From assembly GCA_002305085.1 (NCBI GenBank), contig DBQE01000006.1, forward strand, positions 7,061 to 71,060: 64,000 bases of DNA, read 5' to 3'. The position numbers and the translations under genes were made by a program. Position 1 is the first letter of the stretch. Each line of letters starts with the position of its first letter. This document shows positions 49,416-57,301 of this stretch, piece after piece. The notes under the pieces were generated by a model. It worked only from the letters and a program-made list of their open reading frames with translations. It did no database searches and was not told where the DNA came from. The stretch comes from Bacteroidales bacterium UBA1402 (GTDB lineage: Bacteria; Bacteroidota; Bacteroidia; Bacteroidales; UBA1402).

Positions 49416-50216
49416 ATGAGACACAATAAGAAATTAAATCACCTGAGTCGTAAGACAGCGCATCGCAAATCGATGTTGTCTAATATGGCAACATCTTTGA
49501 TTATGCACAAACGGATTTTCACAACCACAGCCAAAGCGAAAGCTTTGAGAAGAGAAATAGAACCTATAATAACCCTCTCCAAAGAAGATACCACGGCTTC
49601 CAGAAGGTTGGCTTTTAAGTTTTTGCAAGATAAGAGAGCCGTCACTGAATTGTTTCAGGTAGTTGCTCAGAAAGTGGCCGACAGACCCGGCGGCTACACA
49701 CGCATTATCAAAACCGGCTATCGCCTGGGCGACAATGCTCAGATGTGTTTCATCGAATTGGTTGACTTCAACGAGAGCATGCTCAAAACCAAAGTGGACA
49801 GAAAAGCGCGTACCCGCCGCTCTTCAAAAAAGAAGAGTGAAGAAAAAGCAGGGGCCACCGAAGTGAAAACAGAAAAGATCGAATCCAAGGTTGCTGAACC
49901 AAAGGCTAAAGCAGCTGAGGCTGTTGAATCTAAGACTGCCGAACCAGAAGCTGAAACCGTTGAGGCTGCTGAGTCCAAAACTACCGAGCCAGAAGCTGAA
50001 GAAGCTACCGAATCTACTGAAACTACTGAATCCAAGGTGGCAGAACCAAAGGCTAAGGCAGTCAAAGCTACTGAATCCGATGCCGTTGAACCAAAAGCTG
50101 AAGCCGTCGAATCTCCTGCTGATTCGAAAGCCAAAACAGCCGAAGCTCCCGCTGAACCTACAGAAGGCAAAACTGAGGAACAAGCAGCACAGGAAGACGA
50201 GTCCAAACAGGAATAA
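49416..50216 (+). CDS. rplQ: 50S ribosomal protein L17 with a ~140-aa repetitive acidic Ala/Glu/Lys/Pro-rich C-terminal extension
   Basis: Core [25 protein letters not shown]...[25 protein letters not shown]. The tail contains [11 protein letters not shown] / [10 protein letters not shown] repeats. Confidence 0.95.
   Translation: MRHNKKLNHLSRKTAHRKSMLSNMATSLIMHKRIFTTTAKAKALRREIEPIITLSKEDTTASRRLAFKFLQDKRAVTELFQVVAQKVADRPGGYTRIIKTGYRLGDNAQMCFIELVDFNESMLKTKVDRKARTRRSSKKKSEEKAGATEVKTEKIESKVAEPKAKAAEAVESKTAEPEAETVEAAESKTTEPEAEEATESTETTESKVAEPKAKAVKATESDAVEPKAEAVESPADSKAKTAEAPAEPTEGKTEEQAAQEDESKQE
49881..50061 (+). repeat. In-frame tandem repeats within the rplQ tail
   Basis: gaatccaaggttgctgaaccaaaggctaaagcag (49881-49914) recurs as gaatccaaggtggcagaaccaaaggctaaggcag (50028-50061), an offset of 147 nt. 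Shorter 45-nt units (gaatctaagactgccgaaccagaagctgaa / gagtccaaaactaccgagccagaagctgaa) lie between them. Confidence 0.8.
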
Positions 50217-50250
50217 TTTAACTCCAACCATAACAGTTTGAGTCAATACC

Positions 50251-50284
50251 AAAAGCCGTTTCAATTTTGAAGCGGCTTTTTTTT
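50251..50284 (+). terminator. Rho-independent terminator ending the ribosomal/alpha operon
   Basis: aaaagccgtttcaa / ttgaagcggctttt stem (one G-U pair) followed by a T-run through 50284. Confidence 0.8.
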
Positions 50285-50413
50285 GAGTTTTTCAATCATA
50301 ACTTTTACACCTTCAGTAGTTTATCTTTATTTGCATATCTTAGATTGATTTATGTGGCGCATTTGTCCTAAAGTGTTAAGTTTGTTCATTTCTAAAGCGA
50401 TTATAATTTTATT

Positions 50414-51532
50414 ATGAGAAGGATGATGAGTTTTGTCGTGCTTATTTCTCTTATATTCACGGCAACTGCAAAGACTAACCCCAATCCTGTGCCTGAACAG
50501 GTGATGGAAGAGGTATATCATAAAGTAAAAACCCCTCATAAGTACGGTTTGGTACTGGCTCCCGGCGACAATTTCCATAAAATGGATTGTCCTACAGTGT
50601 ATCGTAAGGGTAAGAAATGGTATATGACCTACCTGGTTTACGACGGAAAGGGCGGGAGAGACGGGCGCGGCTACGAAACCTGGTTGGCCGAAAGCAACGA
50701 TTTATTGAACTGGAAAACCCTGGGACGCATCCTCTCTTTTCAGGAGAACACTTGGGACAGTAATCAACGCGGTGGCTACATGGCTTTGCAGGACATGGAA
50801 TGGGGAGGCTCCTATAAAATAGGAAAATACCGGGGGAAGAACTGGATCACTTACATCGGAGGCAATTCTCCCGGTTACGAGCTGGGCACCTTGCAAATTG
50901 GATTGGCTTATACCGAGAGAGATATAAGTACCGCCCACGAGTGGAAAACTTTTCCGCAACCTCTGATGTCTCCCAAAGACGAAGACGCCCAGTGGTTTGA
51001 AACAATCACGCAATACAAAAGTTTGGTTTATCGCGATAAAAAGAAAAGTCTGGGAGCCCGCTTTATGATGTTTTATAACGCAGCAGGCTATCATCCCCAA
51101 ACCAATGTTAAAGCCGAACGTATCGGTATAGCTTTATCCAACGATATGCTCCATTGGGAGCGTTATCCGGGCAATCCGGTTTTCGGTAATGAGGATGGCA
51201 TGATTACAGGAGATGCCCACATCCAGAAAATGGGCGATCTCTATGTGATGTTTTATTTTGGTGCTTTTTGGAAAGACAGGCCTTATAAGGCTTTCAATAC
51301 TTTTGCCTGTTCCTACGATTTGATCAACTGGACAGAATGGCAGGGACCCGATCTGATAATACCCTCCGAAGATTACGATGACTTATTCGCGCACAAATCT
51401 TTTTTAATCGAATACCAAGGGACGGTATATCATTTTTATTGTGCGGTAAATAAAGACGAGCAGCGGGGTATTGCCGTGGCAACGTCCAGACCTGTGGGAC
51501 GTTCGGACATTCATTTTCCCGAGCCGGAATAA
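50414..51532 (+). CDS. Secreted five-bladed beta-propeller glycoside-hydrolase-like protein (GH43/GH32/GH130-type fold; family undetermined)
   Basis: Signal peptide MMSFVVLISLIFTATA. Repeated blade pattern (KMDCPTVYRKGKKWYMTYLVY; YETWLAESNDLLNWKTLGRIL; RIGIALSNDMLHWERYPGNPVF; GDAHIQKMGDLYVMFYFG; HKSFLIEYQGTVYHFYCAV). Confidence 0.5.
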   Translation: MRRMMSFVVLISLIFTATAKTNPNPVPEQVMEEVYHKVKTPHKYGLVLAPGDNFHKMDCPTVYRKGKKWYMTYLVYDGKGGRDGRGYETWLAESNDLLNWKTLGRILSFQENTWDSNQRGGYMALQDMEWGGSYKIGKYRGKNWITYIGGNSPGYELGTLQIGLAYTERDISTAHEWKTFPQPLMSPKDEDAQWFETITQYKSLVYRDKKKSLGARFMMFYNAAGYHPQTNVKAERIGIALSNDMLHWERYPGNPVFGNEDGMITGDAHIQKMGDLYVMFYFGAFWKDRPYKAFNTFACSYDLINWTEWQGPDLIIPSEDYDDLFAHKSFLIEYQGTVYHFYCAVNKDEQRGIAVATSRPVGRSDIHFPEPE

Positions 51533-51612
51533 GTCCCCCGAACCCCAGCCACCCGAGCCCGAATAGCACCCAATCTCGAATAAGTCCTCCGAGCCCAAAG
51601 AAGTCAAAAAAA

Positions 51613-54180
51613 TCAGGGTTCAGCCTTGAGTAATCCCATTTTCCCGTCTTCGGTCAGCAAGACGGCGTCGAAACTCATTTTTCTGCAGCTCGCATTGTTA
51701 TAAAAAAGCACCTGGGCTTTGCCTGTGCTGTCGGTTGTGAGCGACGGATTCCAGTACAAAGTGCGCCTGTGGTCCTGTGGATCACTCATCAGGACGCGAT
51801 CGTATTTGGGGTGGAAAAATTCCTTTACCCGGCTGTAGCCCTGCAAAGTGGTTTTACGGATGCCCAAGGGGTCGATATTGCGACGGCGGTCTTTGTAGCG
51901 GTAGAGATGCACATAAACCCGGCTTTTCATAGTGGCCACTGCTTCGGGGCTTTCGTAGAAAAGGTTGGGAGTGTTGGATTCCACTATGGCAATATTTTCG
52001 ACTTCGTCCACATAAGGCATTTCCTCGGAATTCATACCTATGGTGTATAAATCTTCGAGGACAAAAACGACATCCTTGCCTTTGTATTGCATAACATCCT
52101 CCATGGAGTCGCTGGAAGAGCTGTATTTTTGGCCTAACCAAAAATAGGGATTGATCTGGGTCAGAAAGATGGGAATGCTCGAGTATTCATTTTCGGCTCG
52201 ATCCCGGATTACATCTACTTCCCTTTCGACGGCGTATATTACGCTGGCCTCTCCGGTAGTAAGCTGCTCGGATCGTCTCCTTTTTATTTCTGCCTGCGGC
52301 AATAAGACTTCTCCCGGCAGTACAGTGATTTTGGAACTGTCTATGACACTTGGCAGTCTGCCGGCGACTGTCTTTTTAGGAAATCGCAATCGTTCATAAA
52401 CGGGAGCTTCACGCTCGTAATAAGCAAAAGATTTTGGTGCAGGGCTGAATAGCCTGTCCAGCACTATACGGTGGTTTTTGCGTTTTTCCCCATCCGTGAT
52501 TTGTAGCGAAAGCTTCCAGGTATCCACAAAATCAAACAGGAAATTAAAGGTTCCCGCCGAATCGGTCAGGCAATTTCCGTAATAGGCTGAGCTGTCGGAA
52601 GTCATCCAGATGGTTACCCGAATGTCTTTTCTGGGTTTTTTCAATAGCTGGGAAATAATCTCACCCTGTAATACGATACCTTCTTCTATAGGATGTTTGG
52701 CTTCGAACGGTTTACTTCCCGCCATTATTTCCCAGTCGTAGCGTCTCCAGCCCTGAACCAGCATCAGTAAATCGAGAGCCTTGCTTCGTCTCAGATCTTC
52801 TTTTTCAAAATACCAGGCAGGATTGTGGATATAACCCTTGAGTTCGGAAGAAAGCAATAAATCGCTGTATATATTGCTCAAGGGCGCATTCTTCAGGTTT
52901 TCGGCGGCGTCGCGTACCGACAACACCAGGGAGGTGCCGGCCGGCAGCGTTTTGACCGTATTGCTGTCCGTCAGCCGGGAGTTCCGGGCGGTTTCCACTT
53001 CCACTTCGAGCCTGACCGGACGAAAAATATCCGGATTCTCGTTCAGTTGTTTTATGGAAATGTTGTACTGTAAGGGGTCGTAAAACGGATTCCTGACAAA
53101 AGCCAAGCGTTCGGCCAGAATTTCTCCTTTTCGGTTGAAAAGTGTGATTTGTTGCACACCCGAGGGCAATGCTTGTATGGGTATCTGGAGAATTTGTTCC
53201 GGTTGCGGCAAGATGACCGCCCGGGCATAGATTTTACCCCGGCAGGTCACCGCCAGGCCAACGGAGTCGTTTTTTTCACCGGACTTTGCTGCGATATGGA
53301 TGGTTAAATAAGCCGGATTTTGATTGCTTACCCTCAGAGCATAGCCCGCGGGCAGGGCTGTCGGCAAATTAAATTCATACTCCCGGTCGTCGTACAAAAC
53401 TTTTGCTTTATATTGCTGCCCGGGTTCGGGGGTGAACTCGAGATACCCCATTCCCTGATGCATACTACTGAAAAAAGTAACCACTTCTTTGCGGCTGTTA
53501 TACAGATTGCCCGATATCAAAGCGTCTTCACCTTGTTTACCTATTGCTTTGAATGCAACAACCGAGGGCAGGCCTTCAATTAAATGACCTCCTTCGGGAA
53601 AAAAGTCCAGACTCAGATTTCCTTGCGGTTTAAGATCCACTCTCTTTATTGGCAGGTCGCTTTTGCTGAAAGTCATAGCCGGGGGCTTGGGTTCTCCGGT
53701 TTTTTTGTCGTAACCGATGGCGTCCATTACCGGAAAGACCCGAGAAAAAACCACACCTTCTCCAAAGTTAAGCATGCAGCGAGTGTAGGCTCTTACTTCG
53801 TAATAGTCTGCATACCACTCGTTGGGCAAAAAAATACCGCTGCTGCATTGTCCGTTTTCTATCTTTAATTTTTGTGTGATAAGCACATCTCCCCTGCTGT
53901 TGAGTAATTCCACGTAAAGGGTCTTGCTCATGGTCGAATAGTGGTGGTTTTCGGCCAGGAGCACATAGGCTTTGAACCAAATGGTTTCACCTATAAAATA
54001 AGAGGTGTTGTCGAAATGTAAATAGACTTTTTCCTGAGTGTAAGCCTGGCTGAAATGGTTATAAGAACTGAAAAAATCCTTAAAGCCTTTTTCGCTGCTT
54101 TGAATTGAGAATAATACCGAAAAGCAGAATAATACTCCTGAAAACAGGATGCGTCCCACCGCTGAGGAATGTTGTCTCAT
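51613..54180 (-). CDS. Large secreted MG2-like (alpha-2-macroglobulin N-terminal-like) / beta-sandwich repeat protein with a possible plug-like C-terminal part; no thioester motif seen
   Basis: The likely start is the ATG at 54180 (MRQHSSAVGRILFSGVLFCFSVLFS), 1 nt after the upstream gene's stop; the track ORF extends to 54231. KVYLHFDNTSYFIGETIWFKAYVL and DLLMLVQGWRRYDW are motifs I associate with Bacteroidetes MG2-domain proteins. No CGEQ-type thioester seen. Confidence 0.55.
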   Translation of the reverse strand: MRQHSSAVGRILFSGVLFCFSVLFSIQSSEKGFKDFFSSYNHFSQAYTQEKVYLHFDNTSYFIGETIWFKAYVLLAENHHYSTMSKTLYVELLNSRGDVLITQKLKIENGQCSSGIFLPNEWYADYYEVRAYTRCMLNFGEGVVFSRVFPVMDAIGYDKKTGEPKPPAMTFSKSDLPIKRVDLKPQGNLSLDFFPEGGHLIEGLPSVVAFKAIGKQGEDALISGNLYNSRKEVVTFFSSMHQGMGYLEFTPEPGQQYKAKVLYDDREYEFNLPTALPAGYALRVSNQNPAYLTIHIAAKSGEKNDSVGLAVTCRGKIYARAVILPQPEQILQIPIQALPSGVQQITLFNRKGEILAERLAFVRNPFYDPLQYNISIKQLNENPDIFRPVRLEVEVETARNSRLTDSNTVKTLPAGTSLVLSVRDAAENLKNAPLSNIYSDLLLSSELKGYIHNPAWYFEKEDLRRSKALDLLMLVQGWRRYDWEIMAGSKPFEAKHPIEEGIVLQGEIISQLLKKPRKDIRVTIWMTSDSSAYYGNCLTDSAGTFNFLFDFVDTWKLSLQITDGEKRKNHRIVLDRLFSPAPKSFAYYEREAPVYERLRFPKKTVAGRLPSVIDSSKITVLPGEVLLPQAEIKRRRSEQLTTGEASVIYAVEREVDVIRDRAENEYSSIPIFLTQINPYFWLGQKYSSSSDSMEDVMQYKGKDVVFVLEDLYTIGMNSEEMPYVDEVENIAIVESNTPNLFYESPEAVATMKSRVYVHLYRYKDRRRNIDPLGIRKTTLQGYSRVKEFFHPKYDRVLMSDPQDHRRTLYWNPSLTTDSTGKAQVLFYNNASCRKMSFDAVLLTEDGKMGLLKAEP

Positions 54181-54181
54181 G

Positions 54182-55069
54182 TTAGTTGAGCAACTCGAAA
54201 GACTTGCTGCCGATAAGGAATCCATCGGCAAAGAAGTCGGCCCGGTAAGTGCCCGGATACAAAAATTCTTCGACTTTCCAGTACAGGCTGACCGGAGTTT
54301 CTTCTCCGGCGTATTCTATCGGGCGGAAAATGGAATAATTGAGCGGAGTGCCTTCGAACTCAAAAACATTTCCCTCATTTTTTACCAAAGGAGTATTGTC
54401 TGGTTGGAGTATGCGCAGGTAAATATTTTTTTCGCCCACTTTGGCCGAAATGTTTTTAGGCAGGTAAAAATTGAATTCTATGGTAGCTATTTTGCTCAAA
54501 CGGTTTATTACGCGCTCCCTTTCGTTTAAGGTTCTGATATTTATATCTCGGGCTTCGAGTATGGATGCCAGAACTACTTTTTCGGTCAGTTCCGTATTTT
54601 CCCTGGCCAATTGGGAGGCTTCCTGTTTGATTTCACGGTATTGTCTGGATACGGTTTCGTTCTCCTTACGCAAACGTGTAGTCAGGATGTTGAGCGAGTC
54701 GATTTGAATAATGTAGGATCGCATAACACTGCGGGCTGTTTCCAATTCTTTGCGAAGTTCGTTGATACGGACCACGTTGTTGATTTTAAGAGTCCTGATT
54801 TCTTCGAGCAGACGCAGATTTTTGGTTCGTTCAATATCGAGCAGTTCGGCCAGCGAATCGTTGGCAATACGGATGCCGTAACTCTCGTATTGCAGGGCCA
54901 GTTGGGAATATCCGTCTTCGAGTTCTTCTTTTTCCAGTTCAAACTGTGCGGTAATTTCGTTGATCAACCGGCTTTTGCTGTGTCTGTCAATAAACAAAAA
55001 GATACCTGAGGCAAAAAGCAGAACAATGCAGGCAAGTAAAATATATAGAGTCTTTTGTTGCATGAACAT
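54182..55069 (-). CDS. Membrane-anchored coiled-coil protein with a C-terminal beta-rich domain (function unknown)
   Basis: The track start at 55072 is a TTG; the ATG at 55069 gives MFMQQKTLYILLACIVLLFASGIFLFI (TM helix). This is followed by ~170 aa of heptad-like E/L/R/K-rich sequence and a ~100-aa beta-rich C-terminal domain. Tightly coupled to the downstream MG2-like gene. Confidence 0.7.
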   Translation of the reverse strand: MFMQQKTLYILLACIVLLFASGIFLFIDRHSKSRLINEITAQFELEKEELEDGYSQLALQYESYGIRIANDSLAELLDIERTKNLRLLEEIRTLKINNVVRINELRKELETARSVMRSYIIQIDSLNILTTRLRKENETVSRQYREIKQEASQLARENTELTEKVVLASILEARDINIRTLNERERVINRLSKIATIEFNFYLPKNISAKVGEKNIYLRILQPDNTPLVKNEGNVFEFEGTPLNYSIFRPIEYAGEETPVSLYWKVEEFLYPGTYRADFFADGFLIGSKSFELLN

Positions 55070-55091
55070 CAATCTTTGCAGGGTGACGGGG

Positions 55092-55099
55092 CAAAGATA
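55092..55099 (-). promoter_or_regulatory. -7 box TATCTTTG for the leftward coiled-coil/MG2-like operon
   Basis: Plus-strand caaagata is TATCTTTG on the minus strand, 23 nt upstream of the ATG at 55069. Confidence 0.5.
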
Positions 55100-55269
55100 G
55101 TAAAATTGCCCCGTTATCTTTCGTACAAATAAAAAAAAATAATAAATAATGCTTTAAGAGTTAAGGCTCTAAAAGATGACTTCTAATTGAGATATAATTA
55201 CTACTTTCGTCCTCGAAAAGATTTTTTTACATAGAGGAAATTCTTAATACCCTATCATAATTGTATGGC

Positions 55270-55740
55270 ATGAAATATTTGACAGAGTTGAACAGTTTAT
55301 TGCCCTTGCTGGGCCATCGAAACTGGATTTTGGTGGTGGACAAAGCTTATCCTTTGCAATCGTCTAAGGGCATCAGTTATCTTAATTCGGGAGAAGACCT
55401 GAATAAAGTGCTCAAGGAAGTGCTCAATGCACTAGAAGCGGCCCCACATGTGCGCCCCATCATTTATCTCGACAAAGAATTGGAATTTATGGACGATGAA
55501 TTGTGTGAGGGGGTAAGTGACTTTAAAACCACCTTGCAGCGTATTTGTTCCAACTACACTTTGAAACAGATTCCGCACGAGGATATTTTCCGTCGACTCG
55601 ACGAAGCTGCCCGATTGTTTAATGTGGTGGTAATAAAGACGGAATCACAGATCCCCTATACTTCCGTATTTATTGAATTGGACTGTGGATATTGGTCGGA
55701 AGAAAAAGAAAAAACCCTGCGAAACAAAATCGTACTTTAA
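55270..55740 (+). CDS. RbsD/FucU (sugar mutarotase/pyranase) fold-like protein
   Basis: ATG at 55270 (the track start at 55261 is a TTG). LNSLLPLLGHRNWILVVDKAYPL parallels FucU [22 protein letters not shown]. The C-terminus FNVVVIKTESQIPYTSVFIELDCG parallels [21 protein letters not shown]. The match is by eye only. Confidence 0.4.
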   Translation: MKYLTELNSLLPLLGHRNWILVVDKAYPLQSSKGISYLNSGEDLNKVLKEVLNALEAAPHVRPIIYLDKELEFMDDELCEGVSDFKTTLQRICSNYTLKQIPHEDIFRRLDEAARLFNVVVIKTESQIPYTSVFIELDCGYWSEEKEKTLRNKIVL

Positions 55741-55751
55741 TCTTAAACAGC

Positions 55752-56786
55752 ATGAATAACAACTCCGGAATCATTGATGCATTGCTTAGCGGTATAGCCG
55801 ATGCTCAGGCCTCGCATTCCAACATTCAAACCATTTACACCGATGCAGAGGCGACCTTTTTAAAAAACAATGCCTTGTTTTTTATCAAGCCCGAAATTAC
55901 CAGAGCCGATCCGGCTATCCGGCTCAAAGAGGTACTGACGCTGATTTTGGATAAGCTGGCTGCTTTCGAACTGCGCATACACAGCATTCGTATTTTGCCG
56001 GCTGCTTATTTGAAGAAGCACGATCTCATACGTAGTCACTACGGAGTAATCAGCCGAGTGGCCTCGGAGGGGGCGAAAACACTGGGCGATGAGGCTAAAG
56101 GCCGGTTTAGGGAAGTTTTTGGACTGGAACCCAGTGAGGCTCGTATTCTGGGAGGCCTTGAAGTGTTGGAAACCTATCCCTTTTTTAATTCACGCTCGCT
56201 GGATTGCCTGTGGCAAAACGGTCAAAACCATAAACTGGCCGGCGGCACCTATGCCGAAAAATGGCGTATAGATTCAGATACGGTATACGTGTTGAATGCT
56301 TTCCATCCAAGGCAATTGGAGCATTTTACCCAACCCGGCAGAAGCATCGTGGTAATGAATATTTCGGGCGATACAGACTGGTCGGATTTGAGAAACAGTT
56401 TTGCCGGAGCAACCAATCCCCAAAAGGCCATGCCCGGGAGTCTCAGAAACGACCTGTGTCTTCGGGCCCGGGAATTGGGTCTGGGCGAAATCTCCCAAAG
56501 TCAAAACGGCGTACACTTGTCGGCGGGACCCGTAGAGGCCTTGCTGGAATTACAGCGTTTTGAATCGGATCTTGACCGGGACAAAGCTTTATTGCCTTTT
56601 GAAACTTTCCCCTTCGGTCGTCAACTACTTACGGTATTTGAACAAATTCCGGCTGAAATATTGAACAACGAAAAAATCAACCATCAGGGTAAGCAAGTCT
56701 CCATTTTCGACCTGACCGAAGAAATGAATGCGGCAGAAGCTTTGAGTTTCTTGAAAGGGCTTGCTGAAACAGGAATATTTATGTAA
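55752..56786 (+). CDS. Divergent nucleoside-diphosphate-kinase-fold protein (344 aa) with a ~85-aa insertion and a C-terminal extension
   Basis: ATG at 55752, 11 nt after the upstream stop. FFIKPE (cf. NDK IIKPD). SIVVMNISGDTDWSDLRNSFAGATNPQKAMPGSLRNDL (cf. [37 protein letters not shown]). QNGVHLSAGPVEA (cf. ENGTHGSDSVESA), with the phospho-His position retained. Confidence 0.6.
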   Translation: MNNNSGIIDALLSGIADAQASHSNIQTIYTDAEATFLKNNALFFIKPEITRADPAIRLKEVLTLILDKLAAFELRIHSIRILPAAYLKKHDLIRSHYGVISRVASEGAKTLGDEAKGRFREVFGLEPSEARILGGLEVLETYPFFNSRSLDCLWQNGQNHKLAGGTYAEKWRIDSDTVYVLNAFHPRQLEHFTQPGRSIVVMNISGDTDWSDLRNSFAGATNPQKAMPGSLRNDLCLRARELGLGEISQSQNGVHLSAGPVEALLELQRFESDLDRDKALLPFETFPFGRQLLTVFEQIPAEILNNEKINHQGKQVSIFDLTEEMNAAEALSFLKGLAETGIFM

Positions 56787-56839
56787 AAAATAATACATTT
56801 TTTGGGTTTTTCCCCGGACCTAAGCCGGATATTAATTCC

Positions 56840-56847
56840 TATCTTTG
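56840..56847 (+). promoter_or_regulatory. -7 box TATCTTTG upstream of the mce-mmd operon
   Basis: ttcctatctttgcagc, 32 nt upstream of the ATG at 56879. Nearly identical context to the rpsL promoter box. Confidence 0.55.
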
Positions 56848-56878
56848 CAGCGTTTTTTTTAAAACTTAATTCATTATT

Positions 56879-57289
56879 ATGAAACCAACACATATTGAGC
56901 ATCTTGGCATCGCGGTCAAGAGTTTAGAGACTGCCATTCCATACGTTGAAAACATTTTTGGCCTGAAATGCTATGCCATAGAAGAAGTGCCCGAACAAAA
57001 AGTAAAAACAGCCTTTTTCAAGGTCGGACAAACTAAAATCGAATTGCTGGAGTCGACCGACCCCGAAGGGCCCATAGGTAAATTCATAGAGAATCGCGGA
57101 GAGGGTGTGCATCATATTGCTTTCGCCGTCGAAAATTTACAGGAAAAGCTCGATACGGTAGCCGAAAAAGGCGTACGTCTAATCGACAAAACTCCCCGTA
57201 AAGGAGCCGAAGGCCTGAACATCGCCTTTTTACATCCGAAATTCACATTGGGTGTATTGACTGAATTGTGCGAAAATCCTAACAAATAA
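56879..57289 (+). CDS. mce: Methylmalonyl-CoA epimerase (VOC/glyoxalase fold)
   Basis: IEHLGIAVKSLETAIPYVENIFG...IELLESTDPEGPIGKFIENRGEGVHHIAFAV. Lies upstream of the carboxyltransferase. Confidence 0.88.
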   Translation: MKPTHIEHLGIAVKSLETAIPYVENIFGLKCYAIEEVPEQKVKTAFFKVGQTKIELLESTDPEGPIGKFIENRGEGVHHIAFAVENLQEKLDTVAEKGVRLIDKTPRKGAEGLNIAFLHPKFTLGVLTELCENPNK

Positions 57290-57301
57290 ATACTAATATC
57301 G

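Noticed and set aside
49739-50264. Three extra ORFs (49739-50227 -, 49824-50264 -, 49891-50241 +) with repetitive Ser/Ala or Leu/Lys/Pro-rich products.
   Set aside because: They are artefacts of the repetitive GAA/GCT/AAA-rich rplQ tail, which stays open in several frames.
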